Numbered from the stretch's first letter, positions 36,401 through 49,787 are shown. The stretch is 64,000 nucleotides of DNA from Takakia lepidozioides (GCA_030704615.1 CM060731.1:49662001-49726000); one strand, 5' to 3'. Translations and numbers: made by a program. The notes: generated from the letters alone by a model not told the origin.

Positions 36401-39318
36401 CATTATCAGTTTCCATGCATGGCGTTGTTCATTATTATACAGGATAAAACCCAAAGTACACATTATACACACAAGGGGAATACATACATTGCTTTACCAC
36501 ATGAAGGAGACACTATATAATTCAAAATACCCAAATTCACATATAACGTCCACCCAAACTCCCTTGAACATAGCATGACATTGCAAGAGGCTACGTTTTA
36601 CTGCATGGAGTACTTGGCAAGGGTGGATAAGGAAGCCCCTCCGATGTGGAAGGAAGATGAGGATGTACGAACCAATGACATCGTTTTGCCCAAAAAATTC
36701 AATGAGGGTAAAATTACCCGTCATGGTGATTAAACAAGCGCATGAGTTCATACTGAAGAACACCCCATCCATATATGAGTGGGAGGCAAGATACAATAAC
36801 CTTGTTCAGCAATAATAGGAGGATACGGTTACGTGGAGGCGGAACCATGCAAGGGCGCTACACGCGCTCCGCGAGCAAGGGGCCGACGTAGGAATGTGCC
36901 TTCACAAGAATTGCCCATGGAATTGCAGCCTCTAAGTTCATTCCGCCATTGGCTTCGGACTGAAGTAGAGGATAGCATTGCGAGATGTGAGGTGGTTTCA
37001 GATTTGGTGCAAGACATTGCAAGGGGCCCCTCTCAATTTGCGACCTCACACACAGCGGTTTGGGTTCATGGTTGTCATTTCCGCATTCGTGCTCTTGATA
37101 TGAAGCGCAAAACAACGTTTTATTCTGGCTTGTGTGCCTCATATTGGCAAGACTCCGTGTGGGGCAGGGGAGATTACACGACCTACCATGAGCACACTCA
37201 ACTACTTTGGAGAGTTTGAGGCATACTCTAACTTCAGTATACAAGGCACCGGCCTCTTATCTTCAAGGCAAGGTGGTTCCAGCCACATCTTGTGGGGCCA
37301 TCCGCAACAGTAGTGGAAGACAAGTATGTTTTCATGCGCGTTAATACAGATAGACTCGAGTCTACTCATCGTCCCTCCGATGAGCCTTTTTCATGGCCTT
37401 CAGACATGGAGCAAGTTTTCTTCTCCGGATCAGAAATTGGAAGGTGGTTGTGCATGCTCAGCCAAGAGGAAGACGTATCTATCATGTCGGGGATCTACAT
37501 GGGGCGAGGCAAATGCGGGGAGGAAGAGAATGGTCATGATGACGCTGATGTTGGCCGAGGTTGGATAGAGGGGGTACAAGAGAATGATGACGCCCCGGAC
37601 AATGCATCCCGGACCCTATACGATGAGGCTCCATCAGATGCGGATGTTGAGAAGAAGATGAAGACATGGTCATTGAAACCGAGGTGGAAGATGATTCAGA
37701 TGTGCCTTTTGGTGACCAGAGCATTTATGACAATGACTCTGATGAGCAAGAAGACTTGCAGCTTGATGAGGACGAAGAAGCTCCGGATGATGATGTTCAA
37801 GTCGATTAGACACGTAATCAAAAGCTACATAATAATTATCGCACATAACTGTACCCATCCCTTCGATTGATTGTACATGTACATGCATGTAGCTTATTTC
37901 TATGATTGATTAATGAAAAATCCATGAAAAAAATCCTTTGTAGGTGTGGCGATCTAGTCTAGGAATGATTTTAGTGAAGTTGTGACTCGAAAAGTGACTC
38001 TAGGATTGTTGAGTTTTTGTACGAGGCAAGAATGTTGGAAGATATGGTTCTTGTTCTACAAGTGCTGACCAAGACTTACCCCTGGAAACCCTTCAATCGA
38101 TTTGGTTATCATGATCTCGATGCAACAGAAAGAATCTTCGAAATTGGTGTGAAAGACAACAATGTTGCCAAAGCCATTGCCAAAACAATCTACCCTCAAC
38201 CCTCTAATCCCATGGCCCTTCCTTTTTCCTTTCCTAGTGTCCCCACCCCTTCTTCTTGCCCTTTGTCTTTAACAATAGCCGCCCGGGTTGATCACGGTCT
38301 CTCACATGCAAGATAGACCTATTATATTGTAGCACAGGAGGAGGACTAAAAAGATTTGCAACAATGGATCCATTCAGCTTGGCCTCTGCCATGACCTTTG
38401 CAAAGACACAGAAAAGACAATATTGCGATTCCCCGCCGTCGCAGACCTGTTGGGGCCATCGCAATAGCCGTAGAAAATGGGCGGGACCCCTGGCAGTATC
38501 CGATTTACCATTTTTGATTGCAGATTTTTTCAGCTATTTTTTGGGGCATCCCAACGTATCCACCCGCCGAAAAATCGGCCCCATCAAAAATTGCCCCAAA
38601 CAAAAAAAAATAATAAATTCCTTCACTCACTATTGCCCGACTCTCTACGAAGAGTGCATGAAGTAGCAACTCAACTTCGTTTGGCGTGCAAATGAGGGAA
38701 GAAAATATGGTTTTCAGTCCAAATGATTTTTGTTCACTCCCAAAATTTGCACTCGCATTGCAAACGCTGTCATTAAGCATATGGTCCAATAGTTTGTACG
38801 GATGTAGTGGTGCAAGGGTCAAATTCACAGAACAAAAATAGCCAAAAAAAATTTATTACGTAGTAATTCCCAATCCTAGACCCCCAGGCAAGAGGGCACT
38901 TGCGACGCCCCAACAGGCCTGCGACTGCGGGGAATCGCAACGTCACCATTGTGGTTTTTCTGCGACGTCGAGACGTCACAAACCACAGCGCGAGCTGGCT
39001 CGGCCCTCCCCACGCGCCTAAGTGTGGGGGGGTGTTGTTGCGATTCTCGGGAGTCGCAGCATCGCGAGAGTGTCGCAGAGGATACGTGCGACGCTCGGGT
39101 GTCGCAACCCCCAGCTTGCTGGCGGGTCATGCCCCAACTGCAGCGACGTAGCGGAATTGCAAGCTGGCGAAGCGTCACCGGAGCGGTGCGGCGGCGACGC
39201 GCGGCAACGTCGCAATTTCCGGGCCGGGCGCCTACGCGGCGCAGCAGTCGCAGGAGGGTCGTCGCGTCTGGCCCGCTCGTGGTCCCGGCGTCGCTAAGCC
39301 CCCCTAAACGTAGTAGTG
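33403..39318. mobile_element. CACTA/EnSpm remnant: Tnp2-type transposase N-part on minus (33403-36314), C-terminal DUF4216-like part on plus (~36830-37460), right terminus ...TAGTAGTG at 39318
   Basis: HACP.DK.LYY, YFPITPRL, DPRHVRLG.SSDG, LDPMHIEKNV, KSHDYH, RWMYYLERYMKTLK...PEGSMAE; DEPF..P...EQVFF; CACTA terminus with GCGAC/GTCGC-rich subterminal repeats at 38900-39300. Confidence 0.9.
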
Positions 39319-40276
39319 TGCTGAATTTGCTATGATTGATATGGGTGAGATTTGATTTTGTCTTGGTATTCAAATCAGCAGAGATCGAGTGAACCATACA
39401 ATATTCATGCATCAACAACAATACACTGAGACCATTTCTATAAAGGTTTAAGTTGGAGATGAGTAAGCCAATATCAACTCTTCTCGAAGTTGGTTTGAAA
39501 CTTGCGAAGGATATGGCACCTAAGACTCAAGAAGAGCAGGAGGATATGAGGAAAACTCCTTATCAAAGTGCAGTCGGCAGTTTGATGTATTACATGTTTG
39601 TATTAGGCCAGACATTGCACATTTAGTGGGAGTGGTCTCACAATTCCTTTTAGATCCCGGATAAATCCATTGGAAAGTAGTGAAGATGATATTTCAGTAT
39701 CTAAGATGAACATCAACCTCTAGTGTACTCTACAAGAGAGTGGAAAATCCAAGTTTGTTGGGGTTTGCTGATGCTGACTGGGCAGGAGACGTTGATAGCA
39801 GAAAATCAACTTCAGACCATTGTTTTCTCCTAGCAGGTGGAGCTGTATCTTGGTCTAGTAAGCGACAAGTTGCAACAACGTTGTCATCAACAGAAGCTGA
39901 GTACATGTCCATTACACAAGCAGCAAAAGAGGCTATTTGGTTACGAAAATTGCTTGGAGATTTGGGTCATCTCCAGTCATTACCTACAACTCTATTTTGT
40001 GACAATCAAAGTGCGATTGCACTAAGTCAGAATCCGAAGTATCATTCAAGGACGAAGCACATTGAAGTGCAACATCACTACATATGGGAAGTTGTTTACA
40101 AAGAAGAGATCAAGGTGATCTATTGCGCTACAGGAGATATGGTTGCGGATGTTTTGACGAAGAGTCTACCACAAACAAAACACACCAGAAAACACATCAA
40201 GTGTTCAGTCTTACTTGGTGTCTCTTTTCCAAAGAAAAACGAAGTAGTTCAATGATATGGTTTAATTGAGTGGGAG

Positions 40277-40574
40277 TGTTGGAAGTAATTAAACATATCT
40301 AGAAGACTAAGAGTCTAGAAGGCCAAAGTCTAAGAGACTACCTTGTTTAACTCACCATTGGAAGGTGAATGGCTAGAAGGTGGATGGTCGTCATAGTAAA
40401 AAGTGGAAGTGACCAAGTAGGATTTTCTAGAAACCTTCTTGTATAAGCTCGGGGTGAAGGCACTAGTCTGAGTGTAAGAGTATGATGGTGGCTTCTATGG
40501 TTGGGAGGAGAGCTTTAGTTTTAACTTTAGACTACGACTTTAGTTCTTGTTGTTGTTCTTGCTCAATTCTAACA
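40277..40574 (+). repeat. Copia 3' LTR
   Basis: PPT TTGAGTGGGAG followed by TGTTGG...CTAACA; no partner LTR found in the window. Confidence 0.75.
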
Positions 40575-40930
40575 ACCCAAGCAGTTTTCACCAATGTCAG
40601 GAGAGGTCAACCTTAACTGGTAACATATGGGGATTTTTTTCAAACACAACTTGTCTTGCAGTTGGTGAGAAAGATCCACCGCGGCAATGAAGGATAACAT
40701 AGGAGATGCAGTATCGTCCATTGACCAGGAAAGTCTCTACTGTTGGATGATGATATGAGTATACAACCTTCCATAGCTCTCTTCCAGCCACCAAGATCCG
40801 AATAGCTTGGGTTTCAGTGTGGCTTTTTGGATGACCACACAATCTTCCTCACTGAATGTATCAAGTCACCCAAAACGTGCAAATGCCTACTAATCTGTTT
40901 TCACATTGCCACTCAAATAAAAAGCTCTTA

Positions 40931-41212
<282 letters not shown>

Positions 41213-41218
41213 TCATGT

Positions 41219-41747
41219 CTAAAGGTACTTGGCAAACCAGTCAAGCATCAGCTTGTGTGCCTCGACAGCCGCCTCCACTGCTGGTGGATCCGTTTCGTCG
41301 TATCGCACTGCCCAACCATGCTTAACGTCTGGAAATATCTTCACATAGCTTTTTAACTGCAATGCATCAAACATTTGAATTGTGACAAAGACAGAGAGGT
41401 GATCTCCAGAATATGCTGCACAAGCCGGGCTAAAAGGGAAACTGCCTTGGAAGTTGTCTCCAAATTCTGTTAAAAAGACCATGAAAATATAAATGCCTCA
41501 CTTATACCCCATCCAGCAAAGGGGATTCCAAATCTCTAAAGATCAATAGAGGTATACATGATTTGCATTTCCTGCATATGCCAAACTCACTATAATGTCA
41601 GACACAGAAGAATAAAAAGAGGACTACTGAACTTAGTTTATAATAGAGGTAAAAGGTACAGACCTCTGTTCGTGACCCAGGATTGGTATAGCCTTCTCAG
41701 CCCCATCTGTTGGAGCAGCCAATACTGAAATCGGTACATTCACCTCT
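41219..41747 (-). pseudogene. Dienelactone hydrolase-family 3' exons (~41664-41747 and 41219-41356); 5' exons not found
   Basis: EVNVPISVLAAPTD and KSYVKIFPDVKHGWAVRY...EAHKLMLDWFAKYL* with AG/GT splice sites. Confidence 0.75.
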
Positions 41748-42565
41748 GCATTGACATCCACATACTTGGATTCAACACTGGAATGCGCCGTGTGTGTTGT
41801 AGAGGACAAGTGGCTGTGTCTCAGTTTAACCCATACTTTGTACATCGCAGTCTTACCACTACTCGTTTGAGGCTTGGGTCGCTGATTATGTGTCAGTGCC
41901 ATACACCTCTTCCCTCTTCAAATCTTCATTTGGCTCCTCTTGGGAGGTGATTGACCTTCCCCAGCTATACTTCCCTCGTAGCTTTCTGGTTGCTAAATGA
42001 GTCTGGGTTCCTAACTGTTTGGGTGTGCCAAGGCCGTTAGCAAGGTTCATGTGCTAGGTTTATTGCGGGGTAGACCTTGGGGGTGAAGTGACGCCATAAG
42101 TTACACTTTCTTTTCACTCTATTGGGGGTGCTGCCAATTCTCTTTGCCAAAAAAAGGGGTTAAAGAGGGAAGGTGAATAACATCGGGAACATATTACATC
42201 TCGAAGGCCTTATGCGAGTCAGAAAGGTACCGAGGATTTCCCAGACTTATCTCTTCTGCACTTGGAACGAGCAAGAAAAGAGAGGAAAAAAAACGGAGAT
42301 GGATGGATCCAAATTTGAGAAGCCCTGAAGATTACAAGCATCTAGAAAAATACCTGGAAAGTGAACAAGAAAAGAGAGGAAAATCTAAATGGCCTTAAAG
42401 TGAGCCTCAGCAAGTATATCCACCCTCACAACCACAAAATGACCAAGACGTGAATGACCTTCCAGACACATCTTCACTTCCTGCCATTGCAAGAAACCCA
42501 CAATTCCTCAAGCAACTCCCATCCAAAAATACACAAAATGAATGGGACAGACAAAACTAGCTTGC

Positions 42566-42896
42566 CTCACTCAACATCTGATGCAGCTCATCTCTTGCCT
42601 CCACAATTCGGTCTCTATCACTACTATCCACCACAAAAATCAGACCTTGTGTGTTCTCGAAGCAATGGCGCCACAGCGGCCGGATCTGTTCATGGTGTAA
42701 AAAGGTCAGGAACAAGACAAAGGCTTCTGAGCAGAAGCAAAACAATGGTCACTATTGTGCAGCTAATATGTACAAACGAGTTATAAGAAAACAAACTGAA
42801 AGAAAGGAAGTGGAAAGGATGTCAATACCTTGTCTTCTCCCACATCCCAGAGAGTGAACCTGATGTTCTTGTACTCCACAGTCTCAACATTGAAGC
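42566..42896 (-). pseudogene. ARF: ADP-ribosylation factor (ARF) internal exons (42829-42896, 42566-42685), degenerate
   Basis: [23 protein letters not shown] (canonical WDVGGQDK, one codon lost) and [40 protein letters not shown]. Confidence 0.85.
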
Positions 42897-43254
42897 CTAT
42901 CCATTCAGGAAATCATTGATCAGTTCATGTTCTTCACTCCCTCTTCATGGTAAGTACAAACCTCAAACCACAAACCAGGTAATGGAAGCCGCATAAACAA
43001 AAGAAACTCAACCTCCAAGCGCTCCACCAAAAACAGAAACATATCTATAAACAATCCAAACAGTCATAATCATCAGACATTGTCATGTGGTCTGCATTAT
43101 GTCCGGCTTCACCCCTCCGCGCATCATTTGCTCGTAGGTCTCCAAGCCCCCATCCCTCACCCGCGTTGTGCATATCCTACGATCATCGCGTCACATGACA
43201 CCACATTTCGTTCAGCCAAACTTCTTCACCTCAAACATTAAGAGAAAGCCACAC

Positions 43255-43325
43255 CTTGCGATTACGGTTGTCCCACCATCGTGAAGGATCTTTAAAGAAC
43301 TCATGCCAGCTCCTCTCCGTGCTCC
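43255..43325 (-). pseudogene. OSB-type (organellar ssDNA-binding) PDF-motif exon fragment
   Basis: Manual translation SWHEFFKDPSRWWDNRNRK followed by a GT donor. Confidence 0.6.
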
Positions 43326-43853
43326 AAGGTAGAGGTTTGTGCCCGAAAATCCGCAGCATCAACATTTTGACAAGTTCCTTTACGAAGGGGTGCTAGTGAG
43401 GTTTCAACAACATTCATGCCGGTCGCTTTGGGCTCCATTTGGACTCTCCACAACGAGGACATACGAACATGTCCAAATATACACAGATGCTAAACCAGCT
43501 TATGTCTGCAGTGTGGAGATTTTAGAGTGGTCTCTGAAAACGAGCAGGAGCAGCTAAGCAACCAGTCTGACACGATTTTTGAAAGAGGGCATTGGGATAC
43601 CATGTAGCATGGGGAGGATGAAGGCATGCATGGGGGATGGAGGGCGATGCCATGCATGAGGGCAGGATGGGAGAAGGATGGGGATGCGCGTGAGGGCATG
43701 TCTCATGTCCTGGCAGCGGGAACATGAGGCGCGACAGCGGCCGCGCGGTGTGCGGGCGATGGAGGCGGGTGTGGGCGTGGGGTGGCGGGGGGTCCACGCT
43801 GGCTGAACCGGCTCCCTGGCATTCAACTCCCGGGCCTGATCTATTACTTGCCC

Positions 43854-45979
43854 TAGGGAATAGCAAAAAGGCCACGAATGCAGGCCCAGGCCATCGGTAC
43901 ATGACTGAGTTAAAAAATCCAGTTTTGGCCTGGGCCTGGGGTAACTGTTTTGGCCTGGACCCCGGGACAAGACCGGCACCCCTGTCCAGTCCCGCCAAAC
44001 CCCCTCAAATGGGAACGTCTGGGAACAAAAAGGGAGCATTTTTGGGCAGCTGCCCAGAAATGAACGGCCGAGATCTTTTGTAGGATTTCGAGGGCCACGA
44101 TTTCGTCTCTCTTCCGGCCTCCGTGGCTCTTGCCATTTTGCCCGAGCTCTCGAAGCTCGCGTGCGACGGTCCGAAAGATTTCCTGTCTATCCCTATGAAT
44201 CAATACACCAACCTCATCACTCCGATTTTACAGTTTGAAAGGACTATTTGTGTATTGCAATTGGGACAATCTGGTTCTCTTAAGATGGAGCGAGACGCAA
44301 AGATGTGATTGGGATGGTGGAGTATGTGGAAGGGATGCTCCGCGGGGGGGGGGAGGGGTGCGCTTCAAAGAAATTGCAGATGCCTTGTCCTTTCAGGATA
44401 CGAGGCAACTAAAGAGGTTTATGAGCAAGGAACTAGGGTACAATTTCACTGTACATCATAAATTGTCAGTGCCGGAGGTTTGTGACAAAATTGAGGAGTT
44501 ACTACCGATTCATGATAATGGTGTGAACTGGGGCATGCGGCAGGTGCGGTCAGCCCTCGCCATGGCCAACCTTCGAATTCCTGAGCGTAAAGTTACAGCT
44601 GCACTTAGGATCATTTCAGCTTACCATCGTGCAAGACGGCGGAGGGCGAGACAACTCGTGCGCAGTATAATGTGACGATGCCGATGGGACTATGGCACAT
44701 AGATTGTGAGTCTATTCACAACTTCATCTAACTACACCCTGATTACACCTTCAAATCATTTCAACTAGGGTGACATTGTTTGGGATCATAAACAATGTAG
44801 CTTCGCAAGTAGGTGACTCGTAGGTGGGCACCTGTGAAATTGCTAGGATGATTACTAGGGACTCATGGAATATAAGTCATGTTGGTCTTGATAAAGTTGA
44901 ATTCTACAAAGGTAGACAAGATTATATGAAAACAACTATGTGGCCTAGGAAATCTATGATCAGACCATGTGTCAATTTTAAACAACTTGATAAAGGATAG
45001 AAACACAGGAACATACAGAAAATAAACAGGACATCACACCTAATATGTTCCCTTTCACATCAAACTGTTCTGTACTGTGGCAGACGTAAGGCAGGAGCAA
45101 AACTAGCAATGAGTCGTTGCAAAATCGTCAAACAGTCACGCTTCATAACTACCTCCATACGGAGAGAAGCCAAAGTGTTGTTTAAGAAGAGAACCAGCAT
45201 GACGTTGGAAGCATGCTACATGCATCTACAAAGATATCCAAGGGAATGCACATTAGCGTGTGAGAGCTCCAAAATATGATACACTTCCTCCACAGGAAAA
45301 GACCTCTTATGAAGAAACTTAACACAATGGAAAGATACAATGGTGACTGGCATTGCTTGTAGAAAACCATTTCAGTTCCAACATTAATGGAGTCCAAATA
45401 GCTTAATTCAACTTGACACAACAACAGATTGATATGAGGATGTGCTCCTGGGTGAATTTCTTTGAGCTTCCTGCAGTACACCAACTAGACAACGAGATGG
45501 ATGAGAGAGAGAGATGAGTGAAGTGATCAAGGTATTCGACTTCTCACTTGTGAGTGCTTTCATTTGGCTGCACACAACATACCTAAACGCAAGACATTCG
45601 AACCCACAGAGTGAAGTAATCAAGGTGCTATGATACATTCTTGCATTCAATTTGTCTCCGGTGCTCCGAAAACTGGGAGTTTGCAAAGTCCATGGAAACA
45701 TGTCGAGGAAGGAAAGAGACGAAATCACGTCCGACCACGTGTCCGCTATGGACAGAAGATCTTGGCCGTTCATTTCTGGGCAGCTGCCCGAAAATGCTCC
45801 CTTTTTGTTCCCAGACGTTCCCATTTGAGGGGGTCTGGCGGGACTGGACAGGGGTGCCGGTCCTGTCCCGGGGTCCAGGCCAAAACAGTTACCCCAGGCC
45901 CAGGCCAAAACTGGATTTTTTAACTCAGTCATGTACCGATGGCCTGGGCCTGCATTCATGGCCTTTTTGCTATTCCATA
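43854..45979 (+). mobile_element. IS3EU-like DNA transposon, internally deleted, with ~250-bp TIRs
   Basis: TIRs 43854-~44110 and ~45720-45979 (TAGGGAATAGC/GCTATTCCATA); TSD CTTGCCC (43847-43853, 45980-45986); ORF ...WGMRQVRSAL...ERKVTAALR...RRRR, then YNVTMPMGLWHID|gt. Confidence 0.75.
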
Positions 45980-47499
45980 CTTGCCCATGTGATGCCTGGT
46001 GCGGCTCCACCCTCCACCCTGCTTCCATTTTCTCCTGCAGATTAGGGTTTCCCCCTGCCATCTGTCCAGTCGACCATGGATTTCCAGCCCCAAAGACTAG
46101 AAATCTGGGGCTGATATTGGTCTCATGTTACATGATCTACGTATTACATTCATTTATTGGCTCTCTTCTGCACAAGGGAGACTAACTTATGCAACATGTT
46201 GTAGTCGATGGAGAAAATGCCGTCAAAGGGCCTTACAAGTCGGTTGAGTTGAGTCATGCCCCTCGGTCCCCTCCCCACTTATAGCATGAGAGCCAATGCC
46301 ATTTGAGGCTTGTTTATTTTGAGGGAAGAGGCTGGCTAAGAGGGAGGGTTACATTTTTGGTTCAGGAATCATCCCTCTCCAACAGCATCTGCGGATGCTG
46401 CAAAGATTCTCCCAAAGGCAGGTCATTTGGGAGATTAAGGATTAAACAAAATCACTTCCAATTGGACTAGACCAAACTTTTGCTTCAAGGGATGAGGTTA
46501 TTGTAATTCTTCCTAAGTGGCCTAATTTGTGAGTTAATTCTAGGTTTTTGCCAATGACCAGGGTGACTGGGTTCAATTCTTCCAACTTGTGCCTTCATCC
46601 GCCCATTGGCCCTCATGGGCTTGCATTGAGCAGTAGGCTCTGCAAATCGGCTGGAGTAGGCCTGACTGCAGGTAAGAGATAAATTCATAAAATTTAAATT
46701 AACGTTTATATCTTTATTCATAAAATTTCTCCTCTACACCCATCGAACTTCCCTCCTAAAGGAACGAAGGAACCCTCCTGTTGCAGCCTATTGATCGTAA
46801 GCATTTATTTATAGTATGTGTTAGAAGTTTTTTTTTCTTTTTAAAAAATAATAATTTATAAACAGGGGGAGGCCCTGAATTAGTTTGATTGAGTTTATTG
46901 TGGGGAAAAAAAAATTAAAACCCTATATTACACCATGAGGTACACACACCGTAGTCAGTGATGAATGAACTAACCTCCATAAGGGAGAAGAAGACCTAGG
47001 GTTACAAGCCCTATGTAGAAGTCACACCCATAGGGGGTTGCTTTGACTGTAGGCAGTCGCTTCTGGACTGGTGCTACAAGGAATCTGAAACGTGAATGGC
47101 TTAGCAGCCGCTTGGAACCTGTCCAAAGCTTATTTGTAAGTTTTGGGATTCATGGAATATTTATTCAAGAAGTTAAAATTAAAAAACATCAATGAAATCT
47201 CCTGTGCCCAACTGGGACCCACTCAAGATTTAAGGTACTTATGATGATTCATCTATCAAGGGAACACATAAAGAACATGTGCCCAGTTGGCACATACTCA
47301 AATATAAGGTACCTAACTTGGTCATTCCATACAAAAGTAAAACATGCAATACATAATACCAAGTAGCAGGATCTGACCCTGACTCACCGCAGGTGTGTGG
47401 CACACAGTGCAATGTATCCAACTGCTGGTAGTAATTTTTCTTTGATTCTAGCTATTTCTGCTTTTTTTAGAAAGTGAAAGTGCCTTATTGGGGGTCACC

Positions 47500-47760
47500 A
47501 GCAGGTAGCTCGGAGTATAGAGGATTGCGAGCCACCCAGGTGGTTCTGGGTTCAAATCCTGCTACCTTGATGGGCGTGGTATAATAATCTCCCCCTTCCC
47601 ATGGGTGGTGTCCCATGAGCCTTGAGCAAGCTTACTTTGAGCAAGGTCATTTTCACCTCTCACTAAAACTAGGGGCCTGATTTGTGACCGGTCGATCTGA
47701 TCGGTCCCTTCCCGTTTAAACATAGAGATACAATTAACTAATTTTTTCCTTAATTTTTTC
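47500..47760 (+). mobile_element. tRNA-derived SINE copy (same family as 11655-11880)
   Basis: GTAGCTCGG...GCCACCCAGGTGGTTCTGGGTTCAAATCC...GGGCGTGGTAT...CATGGGTGGTG...GGGGCCTGATTTGTGA shared with the other copy. Confidence 0.65.
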
Positions 47761-47989
47761 CTGCAAGGGTCACAAATGTTAGACAACTTGATGATCTTCT
47801 GGATCCAACAACATGATACTCTCACTTTGCAGTTGAAGATAGATCCACCACTAAGTTATTGAGATTTGAGGGGGTGGAGGACCCTTGAAAGTGATCCCTC
47901 TAATAATAACTACCATAACTGCTGCTGATAAGTATGCCTCTATTTTACTACATAGTTCAATACTTAAATATATGAACCCAGGTTCGAAC

Positions 47990-48879
47990 CAGTGTTGGGC
48001 GGTTCTTGCATTTGTGAAGGAACCTTCGGTTCCGGTTCCAAAATTATTTCAAGAGACGGTTCCGGATCCGGTTCCGGTTTTTTTTTATTGAGCCGGTTCC
48101 GGTCCGGTTCCGGATCCAACTTTTAAACATGGGGGCGGTTCCGGTTACCGGTTAGTTGCTGATAAAAACCATCGGTTCCGGTTAGGTTCCGGTTCTATTT
48201 TAAAAATATATTTGTTTAATTTAATTAGATTTAAAATATTTTATCAGTCCGGTAGATTAAATAGCAGTGTATTCACATATTTGAACTAAAATCCAACGAT
48301 TTTGTTAGTTTTCACTAACACAAAAAAACAAACAAAAATACTCTAAATAAACTGGTAGAAGAAAATGGGTAAAATTTTATGGGTTGAAAGTACTATTCAG
48401 CTACCTGGCAAGTATTGGCATCTTCAAACATTTTATTAATGAACTTAGCCAGGATATCATGGAGCTGGAGATTGAACCCAAGATCTCATGGCGCTGAAGC
48501 ATTGAACATAGAATCTCATGGCCTTCAAGCATTGAACCCAGGATCTCAGGAGCTTAAGAGCATTAAATAAGTTTTTCCCTGGGCCCACCAGCCCCACCAA
48601 GGGGTCAAGAACCAAGAACCGGACTTAGAAGCGCTTTGGTAGGTACTAGAGACATTCAGGGCTACAGCCCCATTTAGGGCTACAGCCCAGGGGTGGACCG
48701 GAACCGGAACCGCTTTAGAACTGGAACCGCCGGTTCCCACACATGTGGTCGTAGATGGAACCGCCGGTTCCGGTTCCCACACAATCCCCAATGAGCGGTT
48801 CCGGTTCCGATCCGGTTCCACATAACCGGAACCGGAGCCGGCGGTTACCCGGGCCCAGGCGGGTAACCGCCCAACACTG
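47990..48879. mobile_element. hAT-family MITE
   Basis: TIR CAGTGTTGGGCGGTT/AACCGCCCAACACTG; 8-bp TSD GTTCGAAC (47982-47989, 48880-48887); GGTTCC/GGAACC subterminal repeats. Confidence 0.92.
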
Positions 48880-49787
48880 GTTCGAACTCCAAGAAGCACC
48901 CTCCATTGAAAGTTTGGGATAGAAACAGTGATGGGTCCTTCATTGGTGGGTCCTCAAATGCTGGATGGGTGGTCCACTGGGGATGGATGTGACCTGCTTG
49001 AGAAGCTTGGAGAAGATGACTTTGATATTTGGGGGAGGGGGTGGAGAGCCTGACACATCAATTATTCAGCGCAAATGTACAATCATAAGTCGTGTCTTGT
49101 CCTTGATTTTCCATTAAATAAACTACTGGCAACTGGGCGCGTTGGGGGATCTATTTTGTGTGCAGGCTGTTTGGATGGAGACCGCAGTGTAACTGCGCGT
49201 AGCTCACCGGCGATGCACAATGCAACACATCATCCACTCTACATTTTAACTCTTGCAAATTTGATGTGGGAGGCCCATTGACTAAGGGACAATTTACGCC
49301 AGCTTATGTCTGTAATCATTGCGATTACGAAATTACCTGCCAGTAGTTTGTGTGTGGGCATCTTTTCAACAAATGTTGAGAAATTGACGACATGAAAATT
49401 ATCGTCACGCTCACACTTCAAACATTTTGCAGATGCACGCTTACACCCTCCTTTCCTGCACGTTAATTATCCAAAGAGGCACTAATACACAACGGCAAGA
49501 CTACTTTTAAAATTCGAAATTTCCGTATTGCTCAGTAGCAAGTGTGCGGAGTCCTTTCGGGATCTATGAGCCCCCATTTCAGAGTGCACGGATTATTCGA
49601 ACGAGCAAGTTGCTTAAATTGAGCGGCAGTTTTTGGATCTTCGTCTCTCTCTCTCACTCCGGCGGGGCTTTGTTTGTGACCTCTTGCACTTTGGAGATGG
49701 GGCTTTGAGGGGGCTTTGGAGGTGCAGCATTTTGTACTCGTCCAGTAGTCTGTAGATTGCTGGAAGGCTCTCTCTCCGCGTTTCGCT

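Larger units (their letters stand above)
12541..40574 (+). mobile_element. Decayed Ty1/Copia retrotransposon (5' LTR missing) split by nested insertions: gag 12541-12857 and 13991-14400, protease ~14500-14761, integrase ~27898-28900, RT/RNase H 39319-40255, 3' LTR 40277-40574
   Basis: gag (NCLDNSVV...LYESKD; LMRSMPMSY...LIQEE), IDTGATQH, LHVP.LMKNLFS, LVHSDIC, RTDGGGDY, TPQQNGV.ERKNRTL, GFADADWAGDVDSRKSTS, SSTEAEY, RTKHIEVQHH; many stops. Confidence 0.9.

Noticed and set aside
41820-41870. SSGKTAMYK as the missing ARF P-loop exon
   Set aside because: It lies downstream of the other ARF exons and lacks GLD.AGKTTIL; probably chance.
47500-47580. Functional tRNA gene
   Set aside because: No complete cloverleaf, and it continues into a SINE body shared with another copy.
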